NCBI GenBank assembly: GCA_020891255.1
Contig: BQFW01000007.1
Location: 1,302,001 to 1,366,000, forward strand
Reading direction: 5' to 3'
DNA from: Entomortierella parvispora E1425
Lineage: Eukaryota; Fungi; Mortierellomycota
Length of the DNA: 64,000 nt
In this document: in pieces, positions 1 to 11,815 of the stretch
Position numbering within the stretch: position 1 is the first letter of the stretch
Layout: every line of letters begins with the position of its first letter
The notes under the pieces: model-generated
The model's database searches: none
The model's input: the letters and a program-made list of their open reading frames with translations, nothing else
Told to the model about the DNA's origin: nothing
Made by a program: the position numbers and the translations under genes

Positions 1-1
1 A

Positions 2-2693
2 TCTTCTGCGGCCTCTGCCTCGATCATCACCGCAACATCAACCACTACGCCACCACCTGTTTCCTCGGCCCAGACGGATGTGAGCGTAGGAGTCGATGGC
101 CTTCAATTGCTTGACCGGCTGTTGATGCCCTACGACATCCGATACTCCATCTTTGGACATTTATCACTCCATGACATTTACAACTGTCAGTTGGTAAGTA
201 CAAAGCCGTGGATAACGAGTTTGGAACAAGGGGTGCACGGAGAGTGTCAGTTTTGCTACTTGTGAGTGTAAATTTGCGACTTGGATTGCGGGCAATTGTG
301 TTTGCCGCCAGGGTGTACGAGCTACGGGGGATTATCGATTTGGGTAGCCGATTCAGACAGCATTCAAGCAGGGTAGGAAGCCCAGTGACATCCCTTGCCG
401 ATCTCTACGAGTTCAACCAGGCACTAAACAGCTCCCCTCCCTCCTCGTGGGCGCACCATCCCGTTTGTCCTTTTGGGCACGAGTGCGTGTGTGTGTTGTT
501 TACAGTGCTGTCTCCCAGGTGTCAATAACTTTGTTGCCCTGAAGAAGAAGTCAAAAAAAACGAAAAAGGCGGGGAAGCTCTCGTTGACAGTGCTCTTGGC
601 CACTCGGTCTGGCATTGCAGTGAGGCAGGGACAGGGACAGGTACACAACGCTCACGAGCGTTGCGAGGTCATCCCATCCCCTCTCTTGGGAAGGGAGGAC
701 GGGCGAAGTGAACTACCCCGCATTTTACCACTTTTGAACCGCCCTCGTCTGCTCATCTGTGTCACACACTGCATCGCGGCCAAACATTCACTCCATTTTC
801 ACCCAAACTCTGTTTGCTTTTCCACGTTCGTTGTTCGTCAAAGAGTTCGCCGCGCAACATCCCCCTTTTTCGAACTGAATTGCCCGTCATTTTGCGATGG
901 TTCACTTTTGACTTTCCCTTTGGACCGATTGAGAGCCATGGTAGTCACAGAGAGTGAGAGAGAGTGAGAGACAAGAGGGAAGGGAACGACTTGCCCATCC
1001 CATATCTTCGATTCAAATGACGCAAAGAGACCTTGACTGATCGTGATAATCTATTCTTCCTGTAATTATGGCTAGACCTGCAAGCTCCTCCTCTGGGCCA
1101 CTTCGGACCAATCCGTCTGGAAACGGATTGCGCTGAACCTGATCCAAGGCGAATTTTACTTTGACATCCCACGAACGCTACCAGCCAAAATCCCAAACTG
1201 GAAGTATTTCTGCAAGCGCCATCTCTTGCGCCAGCGCAATTGGCGTCGGGGTGAAGTCCAAGATATCATCTCTTTGGATGACAACTATCAAAAGTTGACC
1301 ACACTGCAGATCATGGCGCCTTTTGTCTTGACTGGCTGCAGTGATGGACGGGTCCACCTATGGAATATCAACACCCGGACGTTGCTGCACCGGTTCCAGA
1401 TCCGGGGCGAGATTACTTGGGTGGAACATCTGCAAGAGCAGCAGATTGTGGCCGGACTGGGCTATGATATCGATAATATGCGGTCCGAGATCCGATTATT
1501 CTCTACAGAAACCGGAGAGGAGTTGGGTGTGTATGAGGAAGAGTTTTGGGATTTGGCCATCTGCGCCATCAATGGCGACTTCTTGGTTGCTTCTGATGGT
1601 GAAGGTAGATACACGGCCTGGAATTGGCGGACAGGTGCTAAGGTCAGCCAATTCAAAGTGCCTGATGAGGTAAGGCTAATTTGTATCTAGATCTTCAAGG
1701 CGACCAATTATCCATATGCCTTTGTGAACATTTGCTAATGGTCCAATGGTCCAACTCTTTTTTTCCTGCTTGTAGACGTCCATCACCGAGGCCCTCTACC
1801 TAGTCCAGAACACGATCCTCGAGTTGCATTACGACGGTATGATTCGACTGTTCTCCATCACAGGCGAGTGCTATGGTCGTTTTACGCTTGACAAGATCCT
1901 GCCCAACAACCAAGTCTCGTTCTGTTGGCTCCACAACGACTTTTCGATGGTCGTTTGGGAATCCAGCAATACCATGGCCCACCTTCGATTGCCGCTACTT
2001 CAAAAGTCACGATCGCCCTCTTCCTCCTCCGAGAATGATAATCCTCATCATCCATCGCTCGATCGTCCCATTACGCAAGAAGAATGGGATGCTCAGGGGG
2101 CCGAAATCTACTGGCGTCACCAATTGACCCATACCTGCAATTTCGCAGCCATGGGAGGCGGACGGTTCCAGTTGTTGTATGTACAAATTTTTGAGAATTT
2201 GATGGACCAGGTCCCGATCCGGGTCCATTCTTTAAGACATAGTAATGGTCATCCGACAGGGTCGTTGACACTGTCGGGGTCATCAGCATCATCATCGTCA
2301 GAGGCTGGTTCCTCTGCATCGTCGTCTGAAACGCCGAGAGTGGGAGAAACGGAAGAAAACAAAGAAGGGATGCAGGTCGATGGTGGAGGAGATGAGGGCT
2401 ATGGTTGGCAACATGGCGAGTACGTGACGGCCCATAGTCAGAACCCCGAGCTTGAAAAGATCATTCAAGGATTACGACCATCACGTATCGATTGTGATCC
2501 CGAGTATATTGTGGTAAGTGTCTCCATTGCCTGTCTTTTCCCGCCCAATGAACGACTCTTCTCAATGCAAAATTGTCTGATCGCTGTTCATCTCTTGACT
2601 TTTTATTTACAGGTTGGCCTTGTACAAGGAGGAGTGCGGTTGCTACAGTTCGCACCTGTTGACACTGAGCTGTTGGAGCAAGAACCGGCGTAA
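2..2693 (+). CDS. F-box/WD40-repeat protein, 5'-truncated by the window edge. Exons ~2-193, 1076-1668, 1776-2513, 2612-2693
   Basis: Spliced F-box LDRLLMPYDIRYSIFGHLSLHDIYNCQL|TCKLLLWATSDQSVWK across a GTAAGT...CTAG intron (194-1075). WD40-like segments follow (LTGCSDGRVHLWN, LVASDGEGRYTAWNW). The frame is open from position 2. Confidence 0.8.
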
Positions 2694-2827
2694 ACTTTTT
2701 TTATTCAGGAGGAGGAGCCGAGGGGATTGATACCCAGATAATAAAAAGACATTTTTGTATACCACTTTCTCTGTCCCTTCCGGCGCAACATCCGATTTTG
2801 GTTACAAAGACCATTCGAGTCTGTCCT

Positions 2828-4398
2828 TCAGCAAGCATGAATTTTCTTTCCGTGTATGTGAGGACTGGTCTTCACCCCTCCCTCAGCAAAGATGCGTTGC
2901 AAGCGTAATAATGTTGCACCACGACGACGTAACTTCCCAAAAACCGAATGCAGGCGCGGCCAACTGTCCAACATCCATCTGGCCTCCTCCTCCGTCATCA
3001 TTTGATGCGACCCTTGAAAATCCAGAACACGTAGGTCGCGCAACGACTTCAGCTTCCAAAGACCCCATCCCAGTCGGTATTGCAATAAATGATGTTGAGG
3101 TTTTAGAAGCCCACCCTCTCCAAGATGCTGCAAAGACGTCAAAGTCCCCAGTCGTTCCATAATCTTGCTATTAAGCAAACGCCCCAGTGTTCCTGTCTTT
3201 TCAACCCCAATGACGAGATGTTTGAGTCTTAAACAGACCCAGGGTCGGGAACTCATGATGTCCTGGTCACGAATCGACGTTATAAACAAGTTCACGAGTC
3301 CTGGCATGCTGCAGAGAATTTCGTGCGCCATCCGATTGTCCTCAAAAGTGGTGTCCAAAAGATCTAGAGACTCTAGGCTGGACCAGTGATAGTTCCGAAC
3401 CAGTTCCCAGGCTACGTTGCTCAAGCGATTAAATGGCAATCCAACCCAAGGAGTGGACACCCTGTCCGTGATTCCAAAAAGGCTATCAAGCCATTATTCG
3501 CTTGCTCCCCAAAGTACAAGGTGACCTTGGTCAATTGAGGGCAGAGTCGAGTTTGTTTCACCACGTGCGATCCGAAATCTTGGTTCTTGGGCACACAGCT
3601 AACAAAATACTTGAGGCTCTCCAGATCTGGACAAAAATCCAATAGAGCAAGCCCGTCCTCCCGAGTTCGCGGCAAGTCCATCTCGAGATTCTTGATCTTT
3701 GTAGGTTGAGAGACATCCTCCCGAGCGAGCAACTCTCGCAGACTCCGTGGTCGAGGCTGTAGACCCTGGCACCCCTCTGAGCCATGACGACCATCTCGTA
3801 ATTGGGTGACCGGAGCAAGGGGCGAAAAGTCAATCTCAGAAAGACTCAGAGAAGTCAAGCGTCGCCACAGAGACCAGCAAGAATACCAGCTCCGGTGAGT
3901 AATATACACGAATTTGACGCTTAAGGATTCAAGAGAAGGGCAAGCCGCAAGGGCAACCCAAAGCATGTCACTCCCCTTCGGACCTACCTCCTCGACTGCA
4001 TCCCAGAGGGTGATGTGGCGTAGAGTGAGAAAATGGCGATGAAGTAGGTAGATCCGATCCCGTGCTCGACTTGTCAGAACCAGTTTCTCAAGATGCTGAA
4101 AGTGGAGGTTGATTAAGAATGAAGATAGGAAGTCTTCTTCGAAGTTGTGGAAGATGTGGCAGGTGAGGTTCCTCACAAAATGAGCGTGGCGAACAAAGAC
4201 TTCTTTCCTGACTATGGTGGCATATTTCGAATCTTCTCCTAGGCCGATGCTGATGTCGAGCTTGTGCCAAAGCATCGGAAGGCAGGCGTGGTGCCATTTC
4301 CAGGAAACGCGTGAGCAGACAGCGAGGTCGTGGAGAGACAGAAACTGAGCGATGAGCCTCCTAATCTCGGGCAGGTCTAATGGGTTCGGCATGTCCAT
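2828..4398 (-). pseudogene. Intronless F-box/RNI-like LRR protein with a 1-nt frameshift at ~3443 (pseudogene or sequencing error)
   Basis: N-terminus MDMPNPLDLPEIRRLIAQFLSLHDLAVCSRVS. ORFs 3421-4554 and 2828-3460 align end to end with the intact paralogue 4760-6334 if one base is restored at GGG TT- GGA TTG CCA. Confidence 0.8.
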
Positions 4399-4585
4399 TG
4401 GGATGGGAATCAATGAGCAGTGGGATGAGAATGAACAAAGGAGAGATTCTTGCTGGACGCGAAGTGTGTGGCAGTGCCAATAGCGCCGATGGTGGTGCAT
4501 GGTGTCTCTGTTCCTGTTGGCCTTTGGACCGCGTGGTGTCTGTGCGCAATTCAAGCCAATTTATTCTTTTCTCAGTTGTCACCAC

Positions 4586-4688
4586 ATGAACGACATCACA
4601 ACATCCCCGCAGTCTGTACAGATCATGCTGCCATTCACCGTGATCCCCCTGCCATTCATCTTTGATCAGTCTCTTCCCCAAATACCGC
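4586..4688 (+). pseudogene. Relic of the 5' end of the F-box gene at 6531-8078
   Basis: ATGAACGACATC...CCGCAGTCTGTACAGATCATGCTGCCATTCACCGTGATCCCCCTGCCAT matches 6531-6592 apart from substitutions and an 8-nt insertion. CTCTTCCCCAAATACCGC (4671-4688) is identical to 6711-6728. Confidence 0.8.
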
Positions 4689-4759
4689 AGTGTTGTCTCC
4701 ACATCAGTCAAGAGGCCATTGGATTTTTAATATAGCTTGCAGTGTATCTGATCCGTCCT

Positions 4760-6334
4760 TCAGCAGGCATAGATGCTCGTCAAAGGAATATGGGTCGCCA
4801 CCCCTCTTTCAGCCAAGATTCCCCGCAAGAGTGATTCTGCTGCAGTCATGCGATGTAGCGACCCATAAACCGAATTCAGGCGAGGCCAATTGTTCAGCAT
4901 CCATTTGACATCCTCCTCCGTCAACATTTGAGGTATCCCTTGTATATCCAGAACGCGTAAGTCGCGCAACGATTCCAATCGCCAGAGCTCCTCCGATAGT
5001 CGGCACTGCAAAAAGAAGTGTCCAGATTGGCTCTGACTGATTCCCAGATGCTGCAAAGATGTCAAAGTCGCCAGTCGTTCCATCATCTTTATCTGAAGCT
5101 CGGGCCCCTTCGTTTCACATCGGTCGACCCCTAGCATGAGATGTTTGAGACCTAGACAGACCCATGGTTGAGGGCCCATAACGTCCTGGCCACGGACCGA
5201 CTTTATCGACAAGCTCACGAGCCCTTTCATACTGCAGAGAACCTCGTGCGCCACCCGACTGTCCTCAAGAGTTGTGTTTGAAAGATCAAGAGACTGCAAG
5301 CTAGACCAGTGATGGTTCTGAATCAGCTCCCAGGCTGCCTTACTTAAGCGAGTGGATGGCAAGCCGAACGCGAGTAACGGCTGTCCTATTCGCGATTCCA
5401 AGAAGGTTGTCAAAGTACTTTCCACTCGATGCCCAAAACCCAGGGTGATATTGGTCAATTGAGGGCAGAGTCGAGTTTGCTTCACCATGTAGGATCCAAA
5501 ATCATCCGTCTCGGGCACGCCAACAAGCCAATGGAGGCTCTCCAGTTCTGGACAAAAGTCCAAGAGGGCAAGATCGTCCTGCGGTTGTAAATAATTCAGA
5601 AAGCGCAGTCCGAGGTCCTTGATCTTTGTAGTTCGAGAATGATCTTCCAGAGCGAGTAATTCCCCTAGACTCCGCGGTGGTGCTTGTTGCCCCTTTGGGC
5701 TACGACTACATGTACTATGACTAGATTCGGTGGCCTGCACATGGGGCGAAAAGCTGATCTCTGAAAGAGTCAGAGAAGTCAAGCGTCGCCAGAGAGCCCA
5801 GCAAGAATGCCAGCTTGTAAGAGTGACATACAAGGAGCTGATGAACAAGGATTCAAGAGAAGAGCAGGCCGCAAGGGTTTGCCAAAGTTCGTCACTACTC
5901 TCCAGAGTCATCTCCCTGACCGTTTTGGAGAGGACGAGGTGACGTAGAGTGAGTCGATGGCGATAAATCATGTTGAGCCTATCCAGCACGCGACCGTACA
6001 GAAACATCCTTTCGAGATGTTGAAAGTGGAGATCGACAAAGAATGAAGATACGGACCAGGGTCTGCCTTCTTTGGGGATATTAATGTAGCTATAGGTGCA
6101 AGTGAGGTCCCTCACTAGATTGGAGTGGCGAACAAAAATCTCTTTGTTGACCTTGGTGGTCGTATTGACATGTGGGGGGCCGATGGTGATATGGAGCTTG
6201 CGCCAAAGCATCGGAAGACAGGTATGGCTCCATTCCTGGGAGACGCGCGAGCAGACAGTGAGGTCGTGGAGAGACAGGAACTGAGCGACGTGTCCCCTGA
6301 TCTCGGGCAGGTCTAATGGACGTGCCATTGCCAT
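4760..6334 (-). CDS. Intronless F-box/RNI-like LRR protein (~524 aa)
   Basis: MAMARPLDLPEIRGHVAQFLSLHDLTVCSRVSQEW is F-box-like. LxxLxL repeats follow, with C-terminal PWVCLGLKHL and WMLNNWPRL motifs. Confidence 0.85.
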   Translation of the reverse strand: MAMARPLDLPEIRGHVAQFLSLHDLTVCSRVSQEWSHTCLPMLWRKLHITIGPPHVNTTTKVNKEIFVRHSNLVRDLTCTYSYINIPKEGRPWSVSSFFVDLHFQHLERMFLYGRVLDRLNMIYRHRLTLRHLVLSKTVREMTLESSDELWQTLAACSSLESLFISSLYVTLTSWHSCWALWRRLTSLTLSEISFSPHVQATESSHSTCSRSPKGQQAPPRSLGELLALEDHSRTTKIKDLGLRFLNYLQPQDDLALLDFCPELESLHWLVGVPETDDFGSYMVKQTRLCPQLTNITLGFGHRVESTLTTFLESRIGQPLLAFGLPSTRLSKAAWELIQNHHWSSLQSLDLSNTTLEDSRVAHEVLCSMKGLVSLSIKSVRGQDVMGPQPWVCLGLKHLMLGVDRCETKGPELQIKMMERLATLTSLQHLGISQSQSGHFFLQCRLSEELWRLESLRDLRVLDIQGIPQMLTEEDVKWMLNNWPRLNSVYGSLHRMTAAESLLRGILAERGVATHIPLTSIYAC

Positions 6335-6530
6335 TGAGATGAGATGGGGATTGATGAGATGTAGAGTGAGAGCATGACGGATGGATGAACCTTGACGCGA
6401 AAGAGTGTGGCTGAGAAAGTGCAGGGCAAGGGTGTCTCTCTCTGTGCCTGTGCCTGTGCGCGCATGCGAGCAAGTTCTAGTTCTTCTAGTTCTTTTCATT
6501 CTTCTCTCTCTCCTCATTCCCCCTCTAAGC
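6335..6530. promoter_or_regulatory. 196-bp divergent (bidirectional) promoter region between two F-box genes
   Basis: ATGs at 6334 (-) and 6531 (+) face away from each other. The duplicated copy at 4399-4585 retains similar blocks (GACGCGAA..GTGTGGC; GGTGTCTCT). Confidence 0.55.
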
Positions 6531-8078
6531 ATGAACGACATCTCCGCAGTCTGTAGAGATCAAGCTGCCATTCGCCGCGATCCCCTTGCCATACCAGAAA
6601 TCCTCTCTCTGGTCGGTCTCTTCTTGGACACGCGCTCGCTTGCCGAGGCACTTCGCGTTGGCAAGGCATGGTACTCCGCTCTTTTTCCGCAGCTGTGGGC
6701 ACAGCTCCAACTCTTCCCCAAATACCGCTCCAGGAACCCGTCCCTCGGATCTATCCAGTCCCATGCATCCTGGGTCTTTAGTCTCGATATTGGAGAAGAC
6801 AGGGTCCCTCCACTGTTCTGGAGAGACATCTTCTTTCCAAAGCTGTCCCATCTTGTCTTGTCCGACTTTCGCGCTTCACAGCTTGCCGCACAAGAGTTTA
6901 TCCGGCGGCATCGTTTGACTCTAAAGTCTTATTCTTCTCCCAGCGAGTGCTCAGACAACACTTTAGCAGCGCTGTCAACCTGTCCCGTCCTCGATAGACT
7001 GAAAATCACAAAAGACACGTTGATGGAGAATCAGGCAATGCAACTGTACGAGAAAATATGGTTTCGTCAGACAGAGCTATGGCTTCGTTGCCAGTGGAGG
7101 ACGCACGATGTCGTATCGGGCGAAATATCTAATGAGGCAGAAGAAGAAGTGCGGCATCTATCAACGGTGTCTTCCAATATCGAAGTCCTGACCCTTCAAC
7201 GATATGCTGGGGCCGGAGAGCCTCGTCTTCGAGAGGTAACCCAGCAGGTGCAGTTTTGGTTGATCAGACAATGTCATAATTTGGTCAAGCTCCATTGGTC
7301 CTGCAGGACAAAGAATTTTCAGGATTCATCGATGCATCTTTTGGCCCGGGAAATGAGATTACACCAAAGGACGATATCTGTCTTGGGAGAGGAGGGTCGT
7401 TGGAGGTGGAAAAGATTAGAGTCTCTGGTGTTACCGGATCAATTTTGCAGAGAGGATTTCGAGACACTGCTGGATGGACTCTCTCGACTGACAGAGCTCG
7501 ATCTCATGTGGGCCAACTTTGATCTATCGTCCTGGCGTGTCCTCCAAGGGTTCCCTCGACACATGGCCAGCCTTCGAATATTGAACATCAAATCCAGCAT
7601 GGCCCTTTTCGGCGGAGCGATTCAGTCAATGCTTTGCTCCCTGCTAAGTCTGGAATGGTTCGAGGCTGGGTTAATACGCGACTTGGACATCATCAAAGAT
7701 GACAGGCGCTGGGTCTGTCTTGGTCTCAAGAAATTAGCCCTTGAGTTCAAGCTCGAGTCCCGAAATACCTCTGAATCTATGATATTGTCTCGGATATCAA
7801 CCCTGGAAAAATTGGAGGAGTTGGTGTTGACGAATACGTTTATGAAAACTGTCCCAGCAAAGAAATCTCTTCGGCTGTCTCTTAAAAACGGGATGGAACA
7901 ACTGCGGACTCTTAGGCGGCTTGAGGTCCTTATGGGCGCTCCAAGCATCAAGCAGAACTGGGAAAGAGAAGACGCGGCGTGGGCTTTGGAAAACTGGCCA
8001 AGATTGGTAAGATTGAACCACTTCAGTCTTTCCGCAGAGGCGAAAAAGTTACTTCGACATGTCCGAAATGATTATTAG
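6531..8078 (+). CDS. Intronless F-box-like/RNI-like LRR protein (~515 aa)
   Basis: DPLAIPEILSLVGLFLDTRSLAEALRVGKAWYSALFPQLW is F-box-like. LRR periodicity follows, with RWVCLGLKKL and WALENWPRL motifs. Confidence 0.85.
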   Translation: MNDISAVCRDQAAIRRDPLAIPEILSLVGLFLDTRSLAEALRVGKAWYSALFPQLWAQLQLFPKYRSRNPSLGSIQSHASWVFSLDIGEDRVPPLFWRDIFFPKLSHLVLSDFRASQLAAQEFIRRHRLTLKSYSSPSECSDNTLAALSTCPVLDRLKITKDTLMENQAMQLYEKIWFRQTELWLRCQWRTHDVVSGEISNEAEEEVRHLSTVSSNIEVLTLQRYAGAGEPRLREVTQQVQFWLIRQCHNLVKLHWSCRTKNFQDSSMHLLAREMRLHQRTISVLGEEGRWRWKRLESLVLPDQFCREDFETLLDGLSRLTELDLMWANFDLSSWRVLQGFPRHMASLRILNIKSSMALFGGAIQSMLCSLLSLEWFEAGLIRDLDIIKDDRRWVCLGLKKLALEFKLESRNTSESMILSRISTLEKLEELVLTNTFMKTVPAKKSLRLSLKNGMEQLRTLRRLEVLMGAPSIKQNWEREDAAWALENWPRLVRLNHFSLSAEAKKLLRHVRNDY

Positions 8079-8165
8079 AGGCCGAGAACAAGAAAGGAGA
8101 CAAAGTTGGCCATGCCGTTTTATTGATATTCTGTGATGGACCAGTAATGCCTTCTCCTGTATCCT

Positions 8166-11100
8166 TTAGGACGAGCTGCTCTTGATGCCTCCCCACTCCA
8201 GCACCTTGCCCCAGCTTCGTCTCTTTGTCCTTTCCTGAGTTGTCGTTGCCGCCACAGGTGCAGTCATCAGTCTAATACAGCCATACAATAGATGAACCTC
8301 ATTAAAAATGGACCACAAAGACAAAAAACAAAATTGATTGTTCCTGAAAAACGACTTACTTCTCGAGCATTCGGGTCACATCGTCTGGCTTTACTTGAGC
8401 ATAGTATCGGCTTCGGATTTGTGGGTCCATGTATTCTTCCGTGTTCTCCGAAAGTAGAAGCGTAATCAACTACAAAAAGGTAAGGTGCAAAAAGAAGACG
8501 AGGTGAGTGAGAAAAGGAAAGTTAACAGGGGTGCCCATACTCCTTTATGGTATGCACTGGGTTTATAAATCAGAATGCTCAAGGTCATACCTGGCGCAAG
8601 GAGAGGAAGGTATCTGCCACATTGGGATTATCCAAAGTCGTGACAAAGTTTTCAAGGTAATGGACATCTTTGTCAAATTGAGCCACAAAGTTCTGATTGA
8701 TGTGCTTGACGCTTGGATCAGTGAAAATGTTCTATTGAGAATAATACGAAAAAAAGAATCTCGGTCAGAATTGGATTGCGATTGCTATCGTAGTCGAGGA
8801 AACAGCACTCTCAAAATTTGGATGGATTAACTTACATGAAGCATTGCCGCCAAATGTTCCAAGGCATCATAGTATACATAGGTCTTGATGGAATCGGGCA
8901 AGCTTTGCAGTGTAGGACCCATGACCACGGACAAGAAAGAGACTAGTTCCTGCATGTATGCACTGTGCAACTCCTGGATGCCTGTTGGAAGCCAATCATA
9001 TTCCGCAAGCTCAAGCATGTCGTCAATCTTGGAATTGACCAATTCAGAGATACGTTTCTCTGCATTCTTTCGAGTTTCACGGAACAAACTAGTTGCTTGA
9101 AGCGAGATCTTGGTTGTGTCCGACGTTGACCTATCTCAGATTAGCGGAAGATTACCCCCGATGCGAATAGTTAATACTATCTCCTTATTCACGTACTTCG
9201 CTTTGTCTCATGGTGTCGACAGCTGTGTTTGCCAAAGACCTACCTGGACTCTGTCAAAAGTGATTCAAAATCACTGCAGGCACCTTGGAAATACTCCAGG
9301 TTGATAATAATTTGGGCAATCTGAGAGAGGTTCCCAGATTCAAGTTTCTTGAGCCACACTGAGTGAACGTGCTGAATCAGCAATGTATCCAAGCTCTAGA
9401 TTCCACATAAGACATAAGGGTCATTACTCCACACTTTCAGAATAGAACAATGAAGGTCGCAGGTCGGCCCCCAAACACATTTTCGTATATTACCTCCTTG
9501 ACAAGCTCGTCCATCTCGTTTTGCTCCTGGTTGAAACCCTCAACAAACCGATAAAACATTCCAACAAACTGTCTGATATCCTCGCAACAATATGGCACCA
9601 CCTTGGAGAATGGAAGGGTTCTCGGGAATCTAAAATGGAAATTAAAATATAAGATTCTCATTCTCGTAAAGTACTCCATGACATCAGTTCGTTTCGGTGA
9701 GTGGTTTTTTTTACCCTTGTCTTGTCGCCCTGCGGTCTTCTTTAAAGCGGAACGCCTGCTGGAGCAAATCGTATTCTTCCTGGTTCTCAACAAGCATCGG
9801 AGTGTAATCATCTTCGTCCACGAGCTAAACGCAAAACCAGAGAGGTTAATAGAGCAGTCCTTGAAAAGAAAAGGCGGGTCCATCGCTTTTCCGTTCTTGC
9901 CTTATGGAAGCTGGAGCTAAACTTGGTTTCGAGCTGATCGGCATATGTACGGAACAATGTCAACAGCAAATCGTTGAGCTTGCTGACGGGGTAGTTGTAC
10001 GACTATCGTTTGAACGGAAAATAACCACATCATTGGTGAAAGTATTAGCAACATTGACCATACGGATAAATCTGAGCACCGGTTTTATACCGCCACATCC
10101 TACCTCCATGGTCTGGATGTACAACATCAAGAGCATCTTGATATCCAAAAACATGTCTGGGTCCTGACAATTGGAGAGTCCATCTGACAACAGGCGATGC
10201 AATAGGTTGTTGACCAGATCACAAAGTTCGTCCAGCTAAGTTTCATTGAACATACAGAGGAGTAAGTAGGCTGCCCGGACATTCAGAAATCGATCCTATA
10301 CAAGTAAGGCACGTACCTGACTCTGTGTGCGGAAATTGGTGGTCGAATACAAGATAATATGTTCCACAATAAAGAACCCAGCAATATCCTGGAGAAGTGA
10401 CTTGAAGTTGTCTGTGTTTCGGTCCTTGATGTTGAATGACGAATTAATGGAGGAGAGGGTCAACTTCGCTTGAGCCTTTCTGTCTTCTGCATAGCTGTTC
10501 CTGAACTCTGCTCGCTGGCCTAGTTCATCATAAATATGAAGGCACTGGTATAATGGCTTGAAGTCCAGTTTAACCTTGTTGGTATCTAGAATATCCACTG
10601 TAGACAGATGATTGGAAACTTGGTGTAAGTGTATGTACAGGCGGCATGACGACTAAAAGGCGATTAAGCATCATATCTTCCTACCCTCGCTCTCTTCGTT
10701 GATGGCCATCTCGACTGCTGAATTGACGGTGTGGGAGGTCTTCAACTTCAATCCTCTTTCAGATCTCTCGCGCCAGCGTTGTTGTCTCTCTGCCATTGTG
10801 TCCATAGCCAGCTTTCCCATCTCCTTTTGACTCGTACGGATGCTATCGTTGGTTAGATACGATTGTTAGGCAGGTTCAACCAAAGGTATCGGATGTTCAA
10901 TGGACCAAGATTAGCGCACCTGAACAGCCACTCCTTCACTTCTGTTGTAACAGCGTCCTTGATGGCATGTTGCAAAATCGGAATACAGTCCTCTATATAT
11001 AATAACATGAGTTGTTACATCAGTGATAGTCCAGCGATGCTGGTAATGTCCATTGTCCCGGTTCAGCTATCGAATTGTCACTCACGCATATGTCTTGCAA

Positions 11101-11815
11101 ACTCGAATTGAATAACGCTCCTGAGATGCACGACTTGAATTTCGTCGACAATCTAGAAAAAAGACCGATATCAGATGCTTGCCAGCTATGTATCATGTCT
11201 AAGTTATCCAACTCGTGAGCATCCAATGAGCTTACCCGAAGCGCCGAGTAGTACTTTCTGTTTTCCACTTGAACATTGACCCTGTTGGCCAAATCCAAGA
11301 AATGAATACATGTCTTCAAAGTCTCCGTTGCCGTTGCGATATTTTCCAAAATCTTTTTGGACTCGATAAGCTCCCGTTTCTAGTGCCGCCGGTGAGAAGG
11401 TGAAGTCGCAGTTAGTTAGGGGTGATGGGCTGCAAGTCTCCAGCCTTGATATTGACATCCTGGGAAACTTGAGCTCCGTATATCGCCATCGCTCGGTTAC
11501 CTTGGCAGTCAGCTCGGTTCCTGCAAGCTGGACATCGGTGTTGAGTGTATGGATCTTATTCTTCAGGTCCACAGTGCCTTGGCGAACTTTGAGCAGCCGG
11601 TCGACTGACTGGACGAACTCTTGGTAGTTGGAGTTGCACATCTTTTCGATTTCGATTTCCTTGCGACGGATAAAAGCACCGAGTTGGTCCAGGAAAGGCT
11701 TCATCTTGTCATTCCTGTAGACATCCTTGATGGTGGGTCCCAGATGCTCCAGGTTCTCGGCGTCGTTCGTGGCATCCGAGACCAGGACGAGCTGCTGAAT
11801 GTCGAACTCGGCCAT
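8166..11815 (-). CDS. SEC15: Exocyst complex component Sec15/EXOC6, multi-exon
   Basis: N-terminal ENLEHLGPTIK...FLDQLGAFIRRKEIEIEKMCNSNYQEFVQSVDRLL. Internal LDFKPLYQCLHIYDELGQRAEFRNSYAEDRKAQA, AGFFIVEHIIL and KIDDMLELAEYDW. Canonical introns; the last exon (stop 8166-8168) is inferred. Confidence 0.9.

Noticed and set aside
646-663. Inverted repeat CAACGCTC-AC-GAGCGTTG in the long intron
   Set aside because: A single 8-bp stem is expected by chance in 64 kb, and there is no other support.
4399-6541. Upstream extensions of the F-box ORFs (starts at 4554, 6541 and 6405 in the ORF track)
   Set aside because: They overlap the divergent promoter regions and each other. Paralogue comparison places the starts at 4398, 6334 and 6531.
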